DNA of 44,419 bases, taken from positions 1 to 44,419 of the forward strand of contig DNPP01000050.1 in NCBI GenBank assembly GCA_003501365.1, in the 5' to 3' direction. Below, one piece after another: positions 1 through 8,087 of the stretch. Within the stretch, counting starts at the first letter, position 1, and each line of letters begins with the position of its first letter. The stretch comes from Bacillota bacterium. Its GTDB lineage: Bacteria; Bacillota; UBA4882; UBA8346. The notes below the pieces were generated by a model, which was given only the letters and a program-made list of their open reading frames with translations, was not told the DNA's origin and made no database searches. Made by a program: the position numbers and the translations under genes.

Positions 1-1481
1 GTGCCGCCCAGCGGCACCGGAATCTTCATTTTGGAAATTCCCGGTAACAGCAATTCAAACCACATGCTGTATTCTTGAGTGAACCATTTGGTCAACAGAT
101 TATCGTCACAATTATAATAATTTAATTTTGCTTGAACACAAATGTATTGATCCGATAATTGCTTAAATGCCAGATAAGCCTTTTTCAGTTGGTCAAGTTC
201 AGGGCGGTCTTCGGCATCATAAATTACCACGTATTTCCCCCTGGCGCGTATCAAGCCATAATTACAAGCCTTGGGTTTAGTCTGCGGTTGACTGGACGGT
301 ACCGTCAAAGCGGTGCAATAATACGGCAATTGATAACTTTGTACCGCTTGGATGGTATCCAAATCAACTTCTTCCAATAAAAGCCGTACGTCCAGTTTGG
401 TTTTAGGATAATCCAGCTTGTCCAGATGATCTAATAAATCCTTAATTACGCCGGCTTCTTTATAAATGGGGACTAAAATCGTATAAATCGGGAGTTCCCT
501 TTCATCCAAAGCCTGTACCTCTTGCTCGGATATTTTAATCTGGCTGTCCGCATTAATACCCCGGGTTAAAATATACATCTTATGGGTTGAGATTAAAAAA
601 TACAGTCCCTGAATAATTACATTTATTAAAATAAGCGTCACAGTGAAGTTGAAGACTAAACCCAGCCCCATAAGGGCGCCAAGACCGATCAATATAATTT
701 TCTGAGACCGGGTAAAGGTCTCCTGGGCTGAATTCTCAGCCATCTCGTTGCGAAGCCGGTTGATACTTTCATCGACTAAATCGCTATCATAAGCAATCTT
801 CCAAAAATTCTCCATTTCATGTTGTTCAGCCAGAACTACTTCGATCTTCATATCCAAAAAGGATTCGATCTCTGCAGTCTCCGGGCCCAGGAGCTTATGA
901 AGAGCTGCCACTAAATAGCGGCTTTTTTCGTGATTGATAACACATACCTGATATTTCTTGGCAATGGCATACGGAAGTTTTTGGGCTTCCTGAAAATCAA
1001 ACATCATCCCTACCCGGCCGATCTGGTTCTGGGTTGCTAATTCACGATAAACAGCTTCCGGCTTGGCCATTCCTAATGTAATGAGAATATCGCCCAGTAA
1101 ACCGCCGCTTTTTTCTTGAAAGGACAAGGCCTGTTTTAATTGTACCTCTTCAATTACCCCCTCCTGGAGCAGCATTTCACCCAGGGGTAATTTCCGACGC
1201 TCCGGAATAATGATTTTTTCAAAATCGCTTTGGCTGATCATCCCCAGTGAAACTAAAATATCGCCCAGCCTACCCCCTTTGGTTTTTTGAAATTGCAAGA
1301 CATATTCCAATTGGGCCGTATTAATTAAACCTGCATCCAACAATTGTTGTCCTAATTTTGAGACGGCGGGAAATGCTTTAACCTGCGGCGCCCGTTTAGT
1401 CCCGAAACTCCCCCCGTCGTCACCGGACGACCCGTGGAAAACCGTTTCATGCTTGTCGGGCGAAAGTCCCTTATTAAGCAT
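1..1481 (-). CDS. Membrane glycosyltransferase family 2 (processive synthase-like) with two N-terminal MshEN-type (T2SS-E N-terminal-like) modules; 3' end runs off the window
   Basis: Missing from the ORF track because it is open at the window edge. My own minus-strand translation starts at ATG 1481-1479, with GGAG 10 nt upstream: MLNKGLSPDK... It then reads KLGQQLLDAGLINTAQLEYVLQFQ-KTKGG-RLGDILVSLGMISQSDF and PLGEMLLQEGVIEEVQLKQALSFQ-EKSGG-LLGDILITLGMAKPEAVYRELATQ. A TM stretch IILIGLGALMGLGLVFNFTVTLILINVIIQGLYFLI follows. The GT2 core is LPIYTILVPIYKE..KLDVRLLLEE..YDAEDRPE..VQAKLNYYN..PVPLGG at the edge. Confidence 0.8.
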   Translation of the reverse strand, partial: MLNKGLSPDKHETVFHGSSGDDGGSFGTKRAPQVKAFPAVSKLGQQLLDAGLINTAQLEYVLQFQKTKGGRLGDILVSLGMISQSDFEKIIIPERRKLPLGEMLLQEGVIEEVQLKQALSFQEKSGGLLGDILITLGMAKPEAVYRELATQNQIGRVGMMFDFQEAQKLPYAIAKKYQVCVINHEKSRYLVAALHKLLGPETAEIESFLDMKIEVVLAEQHEMENFWKIAYDSDLVDESINRLRNEMAENSAQETFTRSQKIILIGLGALMGLGLVFNFTVTLILINVIIQGLYFLISTHKMYILTRGINADSQIKISEQEVQALDERELPIYTILVPIYKEAGVIKDLLDHLDKLDYPKTKLDVRLLLEEVDLDTIQAVQSYQLPYYCTALTVPSSQPQTKPKACNYGLIRARGKYVVIYDAEDRPELDQLKKAYLAFKQLSDQYICVQAKLNYYNCDDNLLTKWFTQEYSMWFELLLPGISKMKIPVPLGG

Positions 1482-1904
1482 TTACTGTACACTCCAATCA
1501 TTACAAATGATGACATTCCCCTCACTCGATTATGAACAGTAAATCCAAAATTATCCTGTAATAACATTTACCCGCTATATTATTATCAATGAAAACATTT
1601 TTGGAAAACCGTAAACCTTACCCTATATCCTCTGAAGCCTTGCTTTTCGCCTTTTCCTTCACTACATCCTGCCTTTCCCGGACTCCAATATTTACCATTC
1701 GGGTAACTTTCGATTTTCGCCCATACGCAGTCATCTCTTACGGCCATAGCCGATTGAGCCCTATTAAACAATGAATATTATGAGTTAAAAACCAATAACT
1801 ATTGATTTGTCCTTTTTCATTCACCGGATTAACATATAAAGGTGGGATGTAGGAGGAGGAAAAAGAATTAAAACCGCAGGAGCTTTAGGCAAACTCTGTA
1901 CAAT

Positions 1905-1940
1905 ATAAATAAAGGGCCTTCCAAGTAGATGGAAGGCCCC
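1905..1940 (-). terminator. Rho-independent terminator of sigH
   Basis: 9-bp GC-rich stem GGGCCTTCC (1914-1922) / GGAAGGCCC (1931-1939) with an 8-nt loop. It is followed on the minus strand by TTTATTTAT and lies 8 nt after the sigH stop. Confidence 0.8.
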
Positions 1941-1947
1941 AACCTTA

Positions 1948-2601
1948 CTAACTATTAATTTCTTCCCGTTTTTCCAAATAACGCTCGAGTTTTCGTTTCA
2001 CTCTTTGCAAGGCATTATCAATCGACTTTACATGACGACGTAAATCTTTAGCGATCTCCTGATAGGAACGGCCGTCCAAATAAGACATCAGGACTTTCCA
2101 CTCCAGGTCGCTTAAAAACTCACCCATTTTATGCTCAATATCGACAAACTCCTCACGACTAATCACCAGTTCTTCAGGGTCGGTCACCTTTGTGCCGGAT
2201 AGCACATCCAGTAAAGTACGATCCGATTCTTCGTCGTAAATCGGTTTATTTAAAGAGACATACGAATTTAAAGGAATATGTTTCTGACGAGTGGCAGTTT
2301 TGATGGCCGTGATAATTTGACGAGTGATACACAACTCGGCAAAAGCACGGAAAGAAGCCAACTTATCATTGCGAAAATCACGGATAGCTTTATAAAGACC
2401 GATCATGCCTTCCTGAATGATATCTTCCCGATCAGCTCCGATCAAAAAATAAGAACGGGCCTTGGCACGCACAAAATTCTTATACTTATTGATCAAATAT
2501 TCTTGGGCGGCGTCGTCACCCTCACGAGCAGCTTCAACGATTGTTTCATCTAACATCACATCATAGATCTCAGTAACTTCTCTCTGTGGTTTTGCCCCCA
2601 C
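1948..2601 (-). CDS. sigH: Sporulation/stationary-phase RNA polymerase sigma factor SigH
   Basis: Long blocks are almost identical to B. subtilis SigH as I recall it: YLINKYKNFVRAKARSYFLIGADREDIIQEGMIGLYKAIRDF, FAELCITRQIITAIKTATRQKHIPLNSY, DEESDRTLLDV, HVKSIDNALQRVKRKLE. The start is re-called to GTG 2601 (in frame, 217 aa), with GGAGG at 2612-2616. The track start at 2649 has no RBS. Confidence 0.93.
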   Translation of the reverse strand: MGAKPQREVTEIYDVMLDETIVEAAREGDDAAQEYLINKYKNFVRAKARSYFLIGADREDIIQEGMIGLYKAIRDFRNDKLASFRAFAELCITRQIITAIKTATRQKHIPLNSYVSLNKPIYDEESDRTLLDVLSGTKVTDPEELVISREEFVDIEHKMGEFLSDLEWKVLMSYLDGRSYQEIAKDLRRHVKSIDNALQRVKRKLERYLEKREEINS

Positions 2602-2690
2602 GTTACAATCGCCTCCAGCTGATATTTTTAAGACCGCTACATAAAGCAAAAAACAATGCTAGAAAGCCTGTCCGAAAATGGAATAATATT

Positions 2691-2720
2691 ATTATACAAT
2701 AGTTGTTATTTGAACGTCAA
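2691..2720 (-). promoter_or_regulatory. Sigma-A-type promoter for sigH
   Basis: Minus strand reads TTGACG (2720-2715), an 18-nt spacer, then TATAAT (2696-2691) preceded by TG. It is about 90 nt upstream of the GTG start. Confidence 0.55.
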
Positions 2721-3007
2721 GGGAAGGGGAACATACCAAAAGCCGGCATTCATTCATCCATTCGGAACTAGCTTGGTATCAAAAAAACGATGAGTTTCTT
2801 TTGAAACTGAAAGATTTAGATGGTTTATTACTTTTTTGAATTGTAACATTACCTCCTTGAAAATACAATACTTAAATAACGTTTATATTTAGTATCGGTT
2901 CCCGAATCAGACTGTCATGGAATATTTTTACTATTGATTTATCACAAATATTCATTGATCGACAATTAATATTAAAAATAATAACCACGAAATATCCCCA
3001 AAGGCGC

Positions 3008-3038
3008 CAAAAAATAAAACCAAATCGGCTTTGGCTTT
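3008..3038 (-). terminator. Weak AU-rich terminator after rlmB
   Basis: Minus strand reads AAAGCCAAA-gccga-TTTGGTTTT: 9 bp including one G.U, followed by ATTTTTTGG. It is nested inside a longer imperfect inverted repeat, 2983-3000 / 3045-3063. Confidence 0.4.
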
Positions 3039-3094
3039 CACTCTTGGGTATTTCGTGGTGGTTAAAGGCTTACCATTACCCCTAACACCTATCT

Positions 3095-3850
3095 CTAATT
3101 TTTATCTCCCAATCCTTCGGAACGTTGCCGCCTAACCTCATATAAAGAAACCGCCGTCGCAGCCGACACATTTAATGAATTAATCCGGCCCCACATCGGG
3201 ATCCGCACTACCTGATCGCAATGCTCACGGACCAAGCGGGAAATACCCTTTCCTTCGCCGCCGAGGACCACCCCGATGGGGCCTTTGAGATCCGCTTTTT
3301 GAAACGGGAGCTCGCCGTCCATTTCCACTCCGGTAAACCACAAACCGGACTTTTTCAACTCTTCCATGGTCTTGGTTAAGTTGGTCACCCGGACCACAGG
3401 GATATGCTCAATCGCTCCGGCCGAAGCTCTACTTACCGTCACAGTTAACCCAACTGCCCGCCGTTCCGGAATAATGATCCCGTGAACACCGGCTGCCTCC
3501 GCCGTCCTTAGGATCGAACCGAAATTTTGGGGATCTTCCACTCCATCCAATAACAATATTAATGGCGGTTCCGACTTTTGGACGGCTTGATCCAATACCT
3601 CCTGAATCGAAGCATATTTCCATTCAGCCGCCATCGCAATGACACCCTGATGATTACGGGTCACCGCCATGCGGTTAAGAGCCTCCATATCAACCAAATT
3701 CACCGGGATGCCTTTCTTGCCGGCCAATCCCGTGATCTCCCTCAGCGGACCGTTACTCGATTCATTATTTAAAATGTAGATCTTTACAAGTTCATGCCCG
3801 GCCCGCAGCGCCTCCAAAACCGGATTTCTGCCTTCAATTTGTTCCGCCAT
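3095..3850 (-). CDS. rlmB: 23S rRNA (guanosine-2'-O)-methyltransferase RlmB (SpoU/TrmH family)
   Basis: 251 aa. Starts EGRNPVLEAL. SpoU motifs present: LDGVEDPQNFGSILRTAEAAG, VLGGEGKGISRLVREHCD, IPMWGRINSLNVSAATAV. GGAG lies 7 nt before the ATG. Sits in the conserved mrnC-rlmB-sigH neighbourhood. Confidence 0.9.
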   Translation of the reverse strand: MAEQIEGRNPVLEALRAGHELVKIYILNNESSNGPLREITGLAGKKGIPVNLVDMEALNRMAVTRNHQGVIAMAAEWKYASIQEVLDQAVQKSEPPLILLLDGVEDPQNFGSILRTAEAAGVHGIIIPERRAVGLTVTVSRASAGAIEHIPVVRVTNLTKTMEELKKSGLWFTGVEMDGELPFQKADLKGPIGVVLGGEGKGISRLVREHCDQVVRIPMWGRINSLNVSAATAVSLYEVRRQRSEGLGDKN

Positions 3851-3934
3851 TTTTTAACTCCATTCATTGATTTTCAAAATCAAATGTATCGTGGTCTATT
3901 TTACCAAATTATATCCAAAGTAGCTACTGTATAT

Positions 3935-3979
3935 AAAAAAACCAACTCCATTTATAAATTGGTCCGGAGTTGGTTTTTT
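3935..3979 (-). terminator. Strong terminator between mrnC and rlmB
   Basis: AAAAAACCAACTCC / GGAGTTGGTTTTTT, about 13-14 bp perfect, with the 3' arm running into a T-tract on the minus strand. It begins 5 nt after the mrnC stop. Confidence 0.75.
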
Positions 3980-3984
3980 GGCCT

Positions 3985-4416
3985 TCAATCGGGATGTTCC
4001 GTTATTCTGCTTTGATTGATATTGATAACCTGCGCTAACAATTCATGTAAGCGCTGCCATTCGCCATGCAAATACAGGTAACCGAGCAATGCCTCAAACG
4101 CAGTACTGTAGCGGTAGGTCAATACATCGGTATGGGCGGGGATATGTCCACTTTTAACGTTGCGGCCCCGTTTTAATATTTCCATCTCATTCTCGGTTAA
4201 AAAAGACTCGATTTGACTGACCAAACCTGCCTGGAATGAAGCTCTTACCATTTCGGTGGCCTCGTGATGCAAGGTCTTCGTTTTGGCCGGTCCGTCTGCT
4301 AACAAATGGCAACGAATAAAAAGTTCATAAACTGCATCCCCAATATAAGCCCAAACAGCTGGGGATAATTCATCCGGGTTAATGTCCGGTAATTTAAAAA
4401 AATCACCTTGCTGCAT
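3985..4416 (-). CDS. mrnC: Mini-ribonuclease 3 (Mini-III)
   Basis: Contains WAYIGDAVYELFIR, ILKRGRNVKSGHIPAHTDVLTYRYSTAFEALLGYLYL. These match the RNase III-like signature of B. subtilis MrnC (AYIGDA..., KRGRNAKSG..YRYSTAFEALLGYL). ATG 4416 gives 143 aa, the same as Bacillus. The track start TTG 4440 is an alternative. Confidence 0.88.
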   Translation of the reverse strand: MQQGDFFKLPDINPDELSPAVWAYIGDAVYELFIRCHLLADGPAKTKTLHHEATEMVRASFQAGLVSQIESFLTENEMEILKRGRNVKSGHIPAHTDVLTYRYSTAFEALLGYLYLHGEWQRLHELLAQVININQSRITEHPD

Positions 4417-4775
4417 CCTGACCGCCTTAATCGCCAACAAAAATGACGCATCCTTGAAAACATTTTCAACTAATTACTATATAAATTGAATTAAATTTTG
4501 ATGTTATTAGGGATCATTGCTGAAAATTGAGCGCCTATTTGACCTAACCCTCGCCCTTCCCCTTAGAAGCCGAATATCTGATTCAAGTGGAAGGGTAACC
4601 TTTATCGTTACCGCCTAAGAGCTATTAGCCCCCAAAGGTATCGGGTACTCTCCCACTAAATCCACTACTTCGGAATGCTTCATTGGGGGAGAGCAAGAGA
4701 AAGTCCAGACCAACAGTTGGCCTATACAGAGCCTGATTTTTTAATTATTTAATTCACCTTATATAGAAAACAAAT

Positions 4776-5306
4776 TCATTCGCCTTCATAATGGACCAAG
4801 CTAAATACATCATACGGCTCAAGCTTTTTGCGCCCATGGAGGTCATCCAGTTCAATCATGAAAGCAAAGCCCACAATTTCCCCTTTGAGCTGTTTAACCA
4901 AATTTGCGGTAGCCGAGATGGTCCCGCCGGTTGCCAACAAGTCGTCGACAATCAATACTCGTTGACCCGGTTTGATCGCATCCAGATGGATTTCTAGGGA
5001 ATCTTGCCCATATTCCAATTGATAGGAGACTTTAGCTACCGCAGCCGGTAATTTGCCCGGTTTTCGCACCAATACAATACCACAACCCATTTTATAAGCA
5101 AGCGGGGCTCCCAATAAGAAGCCGCGCGATTCGGCGCCGACAATCAGATCCGGTTTAGCCGCCGCAAAATGTTCCGCCAAAAGGTCGGTGACCTTCCGTA
5201 AAGCCGGACCGTCTTTTAAAAGGGTGGTAATATCCTTAAAGCTAATCCCTGGTTTTGGAAAATCCGGAACCTCACGAATTAATGATTTTAAGTCCATCTC
5301 ATCCAC
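4776..5306 (-). CDS. apt: Adenine phosphoribosyltransferase
   Basis: Contains [27 protein letters not shown] and the PRPP motif [13 protein letters not shown]. Collinear with B. subtilis Apt. ATG 5297 (MDLK...) is an equally plausible start. Confidence 0.92.
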   Translation of the reverse strand: MDEMDLKSLIREVPDFPKPGISFKDITTLLKDGPALRKVTDLLAEHFAAAKPDLIVGAESRGFLLGAPLAYKMGCGIVLVRKPGKLPAAVAKVSYQLEYGQDSLEIHLDAIKPGQRVLIVDDLLATGGTISATANLVKQLKGEIVGFAFMIELDDLHGRKKLEPYDVFSLVHYEGE

Positions 5307-5319
5307 TCTCCCCTATTAT

Positions 5320-6510
5320 TTATAGACCAAATTCATTATATAATACTTTGGTTGCTTGAGAAATTTGATCCTCAGGTACTAAACAAGAAATAGTAATCTC
5401 CGAATCCACCGTTTGCAACAACTTAATATGATGTTTATGCAAAGCCTCAACCACTCTGACCATAATCCCCGATACCTCCTGCATTCCCACTCCGATCAGG
5501 GAGAGCTTGGAACAATGCGGCAATAATTCAACATTAAACCCAAGCGGCATCAATAAATCCCCAACTTTACCCAGAACCTCTTGTTTTACGATAAAACTCA
5601 CTTGACTGGTGGATACCGAATTCATATCCACACTAATCATGGCTTCCGCCAAGCTTTTGAAAATTTTGACCGAATCTTCCGAATTCATCGCACCGGTCTT
5701 CGCTTTAACTAGTACCAGGCCCATACCCGGTTGGTGAGCGATCCCGGTGATAATCCGCGAGGTTTTGCCGTCATGAATCAGGGTCCCTCCGTCATTGGAG
5801 AACGTGCTTCTCACTTTCACCGGCACTTTTTTATCACGGGCGATAGCAACCGCCCTGGGATGGACGACCTTGGCTCCATGATTGGCCATCTCGCAAATTT
5901 CTTGATAGGTCAATTCCCGTAATATTTTGGCTTCCGGAATAATCCGCGGATCGACAGTCATTACCCCATCAACATCGGTATAAATCTCAACCATCTCCGC
6001 TTCCAGGGCGGACCCTAATGCTGTGGCAGTGGTATCCGAGCCGCCCCGGCCCAAGGTGGTCATCTCTCCTGCAGCGGTAATTCCCTGGAAACCTGCTACA
6101 ATTACTATTTTGCCCTCGCCCAAATGCCGTAGGATATGTTCCGGATTAATCCCGATGATTTGAGCTTCCCCAAAATTCTTATCGGTAAGGATGCCGGCTT
6201 GGCCGCCAGTTAAAGCAACCGCCGGATGACCATGCTTTTCCAATGTTTGAGTCATTACCACCGTAGAAATAATTTCGCCGCAGGAAATTAATAGATCCAG
6301 CTCCCGCGGAGCCACTTTCGAGCCGATCCCTTTGGCCAGATTAATCAGGGTATCGGTAGCATAAGGTTCTCCTTTGCGTCCCATTGCGGAAACAACCACT
6401 ACCACCGATAAGCCGTCCTCTTTGGCCTTAATAATCTTCGCCACTGCTTTACTACGGCCTTCATCGGTTGCCACCGACGTGCCGCCGAATTTTTGAACAA
6501 TAATTCGCAT
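5320..6510 (-). CDS. dapG: Aspartate kinase, monofunctional DapG-like
   Basis: Contains MRIIVQKFGGTSV, VVVVSAMGRKGEPYATDTL, GRGGSDTTA, YTDVDGVMTVDPR and C-terminal ACT-like repeats. Collinear with B. subtilis aspartokinase I. No L-box leader: only 15 nt separate it from argH. Confidence 0.85.
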   Translation of the reverse strand: MRIIVQKFGGTSVATDEGRSKAVAKIIKAKEDGLSVVVVVSAMGRKGEPYATDTLINLAKGIGSKVAPRELDLLISCGEIISTVVMTQTLEKHGHPAVALTGGQAGILTDKNFGEAQIIGINPEHILRHLGEGKIVIVAGFQGITAAGEMTTLGRGGSDTTATALGSALEAEMVEIYTDVDGVMTVDPRIIPEAKILRELTYQEICEMANHGAKVVHPRAVAIARDKKVPVKVRSTFSNDGGTLIHDGKTSRIITGIAHQPGMGLVLVKAKTGAMNSEDSVKIFKSLAEAMISVDMNSVSTSQVSFIVKQEVLGKVGDLLMPLGFNVELLPHCSKLSLIGVGMQEVSGIMVRVVEALHKHHIKLLQTVDSEITISCLVPEDQISQATKVLYNEFGL

Positions 6511-6525
6511 AAAAACAAACCATCC

Positions 6526-7905
6526 TCATTTTATAGTGTTGAGCCATTCCACGGCCTGTTCAAGTTGAAATTTAACCTGTTCCACCGAGGTACCGCCATA
6601 GGAATTTCTTACCGATACTACCTGCCGAATATCAAGCGCTTCATAAACATCAGCCTCAATTAGCGTAGAGGCCGCCTGAAACTCTTCCAGACTTAATTCT
6701 TCCAGCCGCCTATGTTGCTCGATACAAGATTGAACCAGTCTGCCAACCAGCATGTGGGCCGACCGAAAAGGTAAGCCTTTGGCAACTAAGTAATCGGCAA
6801 GATCGGTGGCATTCAAAAACCCATCCTTGGTGGCAGCCAGCATCCGTTCTCTTTTAAAGGTCACAGTCCGTAGCATGGGGGTGAAAATCGTTAAACATCC
6901 TTTTACGGTATCGATCCCGTCAAATAATGCCTCTTTATCCTCTTGCATATCTTTGTTATAGGCTAACGGCAATCCCTTTAAAATTGTCAGGATAGCCATT
7001 AGATCGCCGTACACCCGCCCGGTCTTGCCGCGGATTAGCTCCGCTACGTCCGGATTTTTCTTTTGCGGCATAATACTGGAACCGGTGCTGTAAGCGTCAT
7101 CCATCTCCACAAAGCCAAACTCCATCGACGACCAAAGTACCAGTTCCTCACAAAATCTGGATAAATGCATCATGGTCAAGGAGATCCCAAAGATAACCTC
7201 GGCCACGAAGTCCCGATCACTCACGGCATCCAGGCTATTGGGCATAACCCTCTGCAGACTTAACTCGGCAGCTACTTGAGACCGATCGATCGCGAAACCG
7301 GTCCCGGCCAAGGCGCCTGCTCCCAGCGGCAATACGGCAACTCTTTTCAAACAATCATGGGTCCGCTCAAAATCCCGCTTAAACATCTCAAAATAAGCCA
7401 ACAGATGGTGCCCGAGTACCACCGGCTGGGCCCGTTGCATATGAGTATAGCCGGGTAAAATCGTTTCCTGTTCCCGCTGGGCTATTTCCAAAAGCAACTC
7501 CAATAGATTCTTTAAAAGACTTTGAATATTGGCTGTTTCTTTACGAATATACAAGCGGGTATCCAAGGCGACCTGATCATTTCGGCTACGGGCGGTATGC
7601 AGCTTTTTGCCCAAATCCCCGATCTCTTGAATCAATAACTTCTCAATATTCATATGAATGTCTTCGGCTTTGATGTCCCATTCAATTTGACCGGCTTTCA
7701 CTTTTTCCAAAATTCTTTTGAGTCCGATCACGATGGAATCCGCCTCAGAACGTTTAATAATGTTACAATCGCCCAACATATTGGCGTGTGCAATGCTGCC
7801 TTGGATATCCTCTTCGGCTAAACGACAATCAAACCCGATGGAAGAATGAAAATCATCCATCAATGCTTCATTATCCTTCTGAAAACGTCCACTCCAAGCC
7901 TTCAA
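6526..7905 (-). CDS. argH: Argininosuccinate lyase
   Basis: KAWSGRF start motif. Contains TARSRNDQV, YTHMQRAQP and the fumarate-lyase signature GSSIMPQKKNPD. Start re-called to TTG 7905, with GGGGAG 8 nt upstream. The track start at 7959 adds 18 non-homologous residues. Confidence 0.9.
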   Translation of the reverse strand: MKAWSGRFQKDNEALMDDFHSSIGFDCRLAEEDIQGSIAHANMLGDCNIIKRSEADSIVIGLKRILEKVKAGQIEWDIKAEDIHMNIEKLLIQEIGDLGKKLHTARSRNDQVALDTRLYIRKETANIQSLLKNLLELLLEIAQREQETILPGYTHMQRAQPVVLGHHLLAYFEMFKRDFERTHDCLKRVAVLPLGAGALAGTGFAIDRSQVAAELSLQRVMPNSLDAVSDRDFVAEVIFGISLTMMHLSRFCEELVLWSSMEFGFVEMDDAYSTGSSIMPQKKNPDVAELIRGKTGRVYGDLMAILTILKGLPLAYNKDMQEDKEALFDGIDTVKGCLTIFTPMLRTVTFKRERMLAATKDGFLNATDLADYLVAKGLPFRSAHMLVGRLVQSCIEQHRRLEELSLEEFQAASTLIEADVYEALDIRQVVSVRNSYGGTSVEQVKFQLEQAVEWLNTIK

Positions 7906-8021
7906 AACAACCACTCCCCGCCAATTATGAAATACCGAGAATTTATTCCACAAAAACATCTTAATCCCTTTTTCGGATTGATTAAATCATATTGTTTTTT
8001 TCCATTACCATTTATTAATTC

Positions 8022-8050
8022 TTGATCTAAGTTTTGGTCTATTATATAGT
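8022..8050 (+). promoter_or_regulatory. Candidate sigma-A promoter for the 8088 gene
   Basis: TTGATC (8022-8027), 17 nt, TATAGT (8045-8050). GGGAGG RBS at 8076-8081. Confidence 0.4.
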
Positions 8051-8087
8051 TCGGTTAGATTATTTATAGAGCATTGGGAGGTATAAT

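Noticed and set aside
1352-1774. ORFs 1352-1567 (-), 1586-1771 (-) and 1589-1774 (+).
   Set aside because: The first overlaps, out of frame, the 5' end of the edge-truncated GT2 gene, which has strong motifs. The other two are mirror-image ORFs with no RBS in the leader region.
1482-1904. Possible c-di-GMP riboswitch (GEMM-I/II) in the GT2 leader.
   Set aside because: I could not find the conserved GEMM-I (GGCAAA..., GACGCAAAGCC...CCGG) or GEMM-II core by eye. It is kept only as an uncharacterised long leader.
2754-2849. 31-codon sORF (MLQFKKVINHLNLSVSKETHRFFDTKLVPNG) after a perfect GGAGG.
   Set aside because: The Shine-Dalgarno to ATG spacing is only 2 nt, the region is AT-rich, and I recognise no homology. 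It is not reported as a CDS.
4697-4706. GAGAAAGTCC, resembling the RNase P RNA P4 motif GAGGAAAGUCC.
   Set aside because: It is an imperfect match, only about 70 nt remain before the apt stop, and none of the other conserved RNase P regions are present on either strand.
7971-7979. TTTCGGATT upstream of argH, matching the repeats at 38727-38756.
   Set aside because: A single 9-mer recurrence is expected by chance in 44 kb read on both strands. The context is unrelated.
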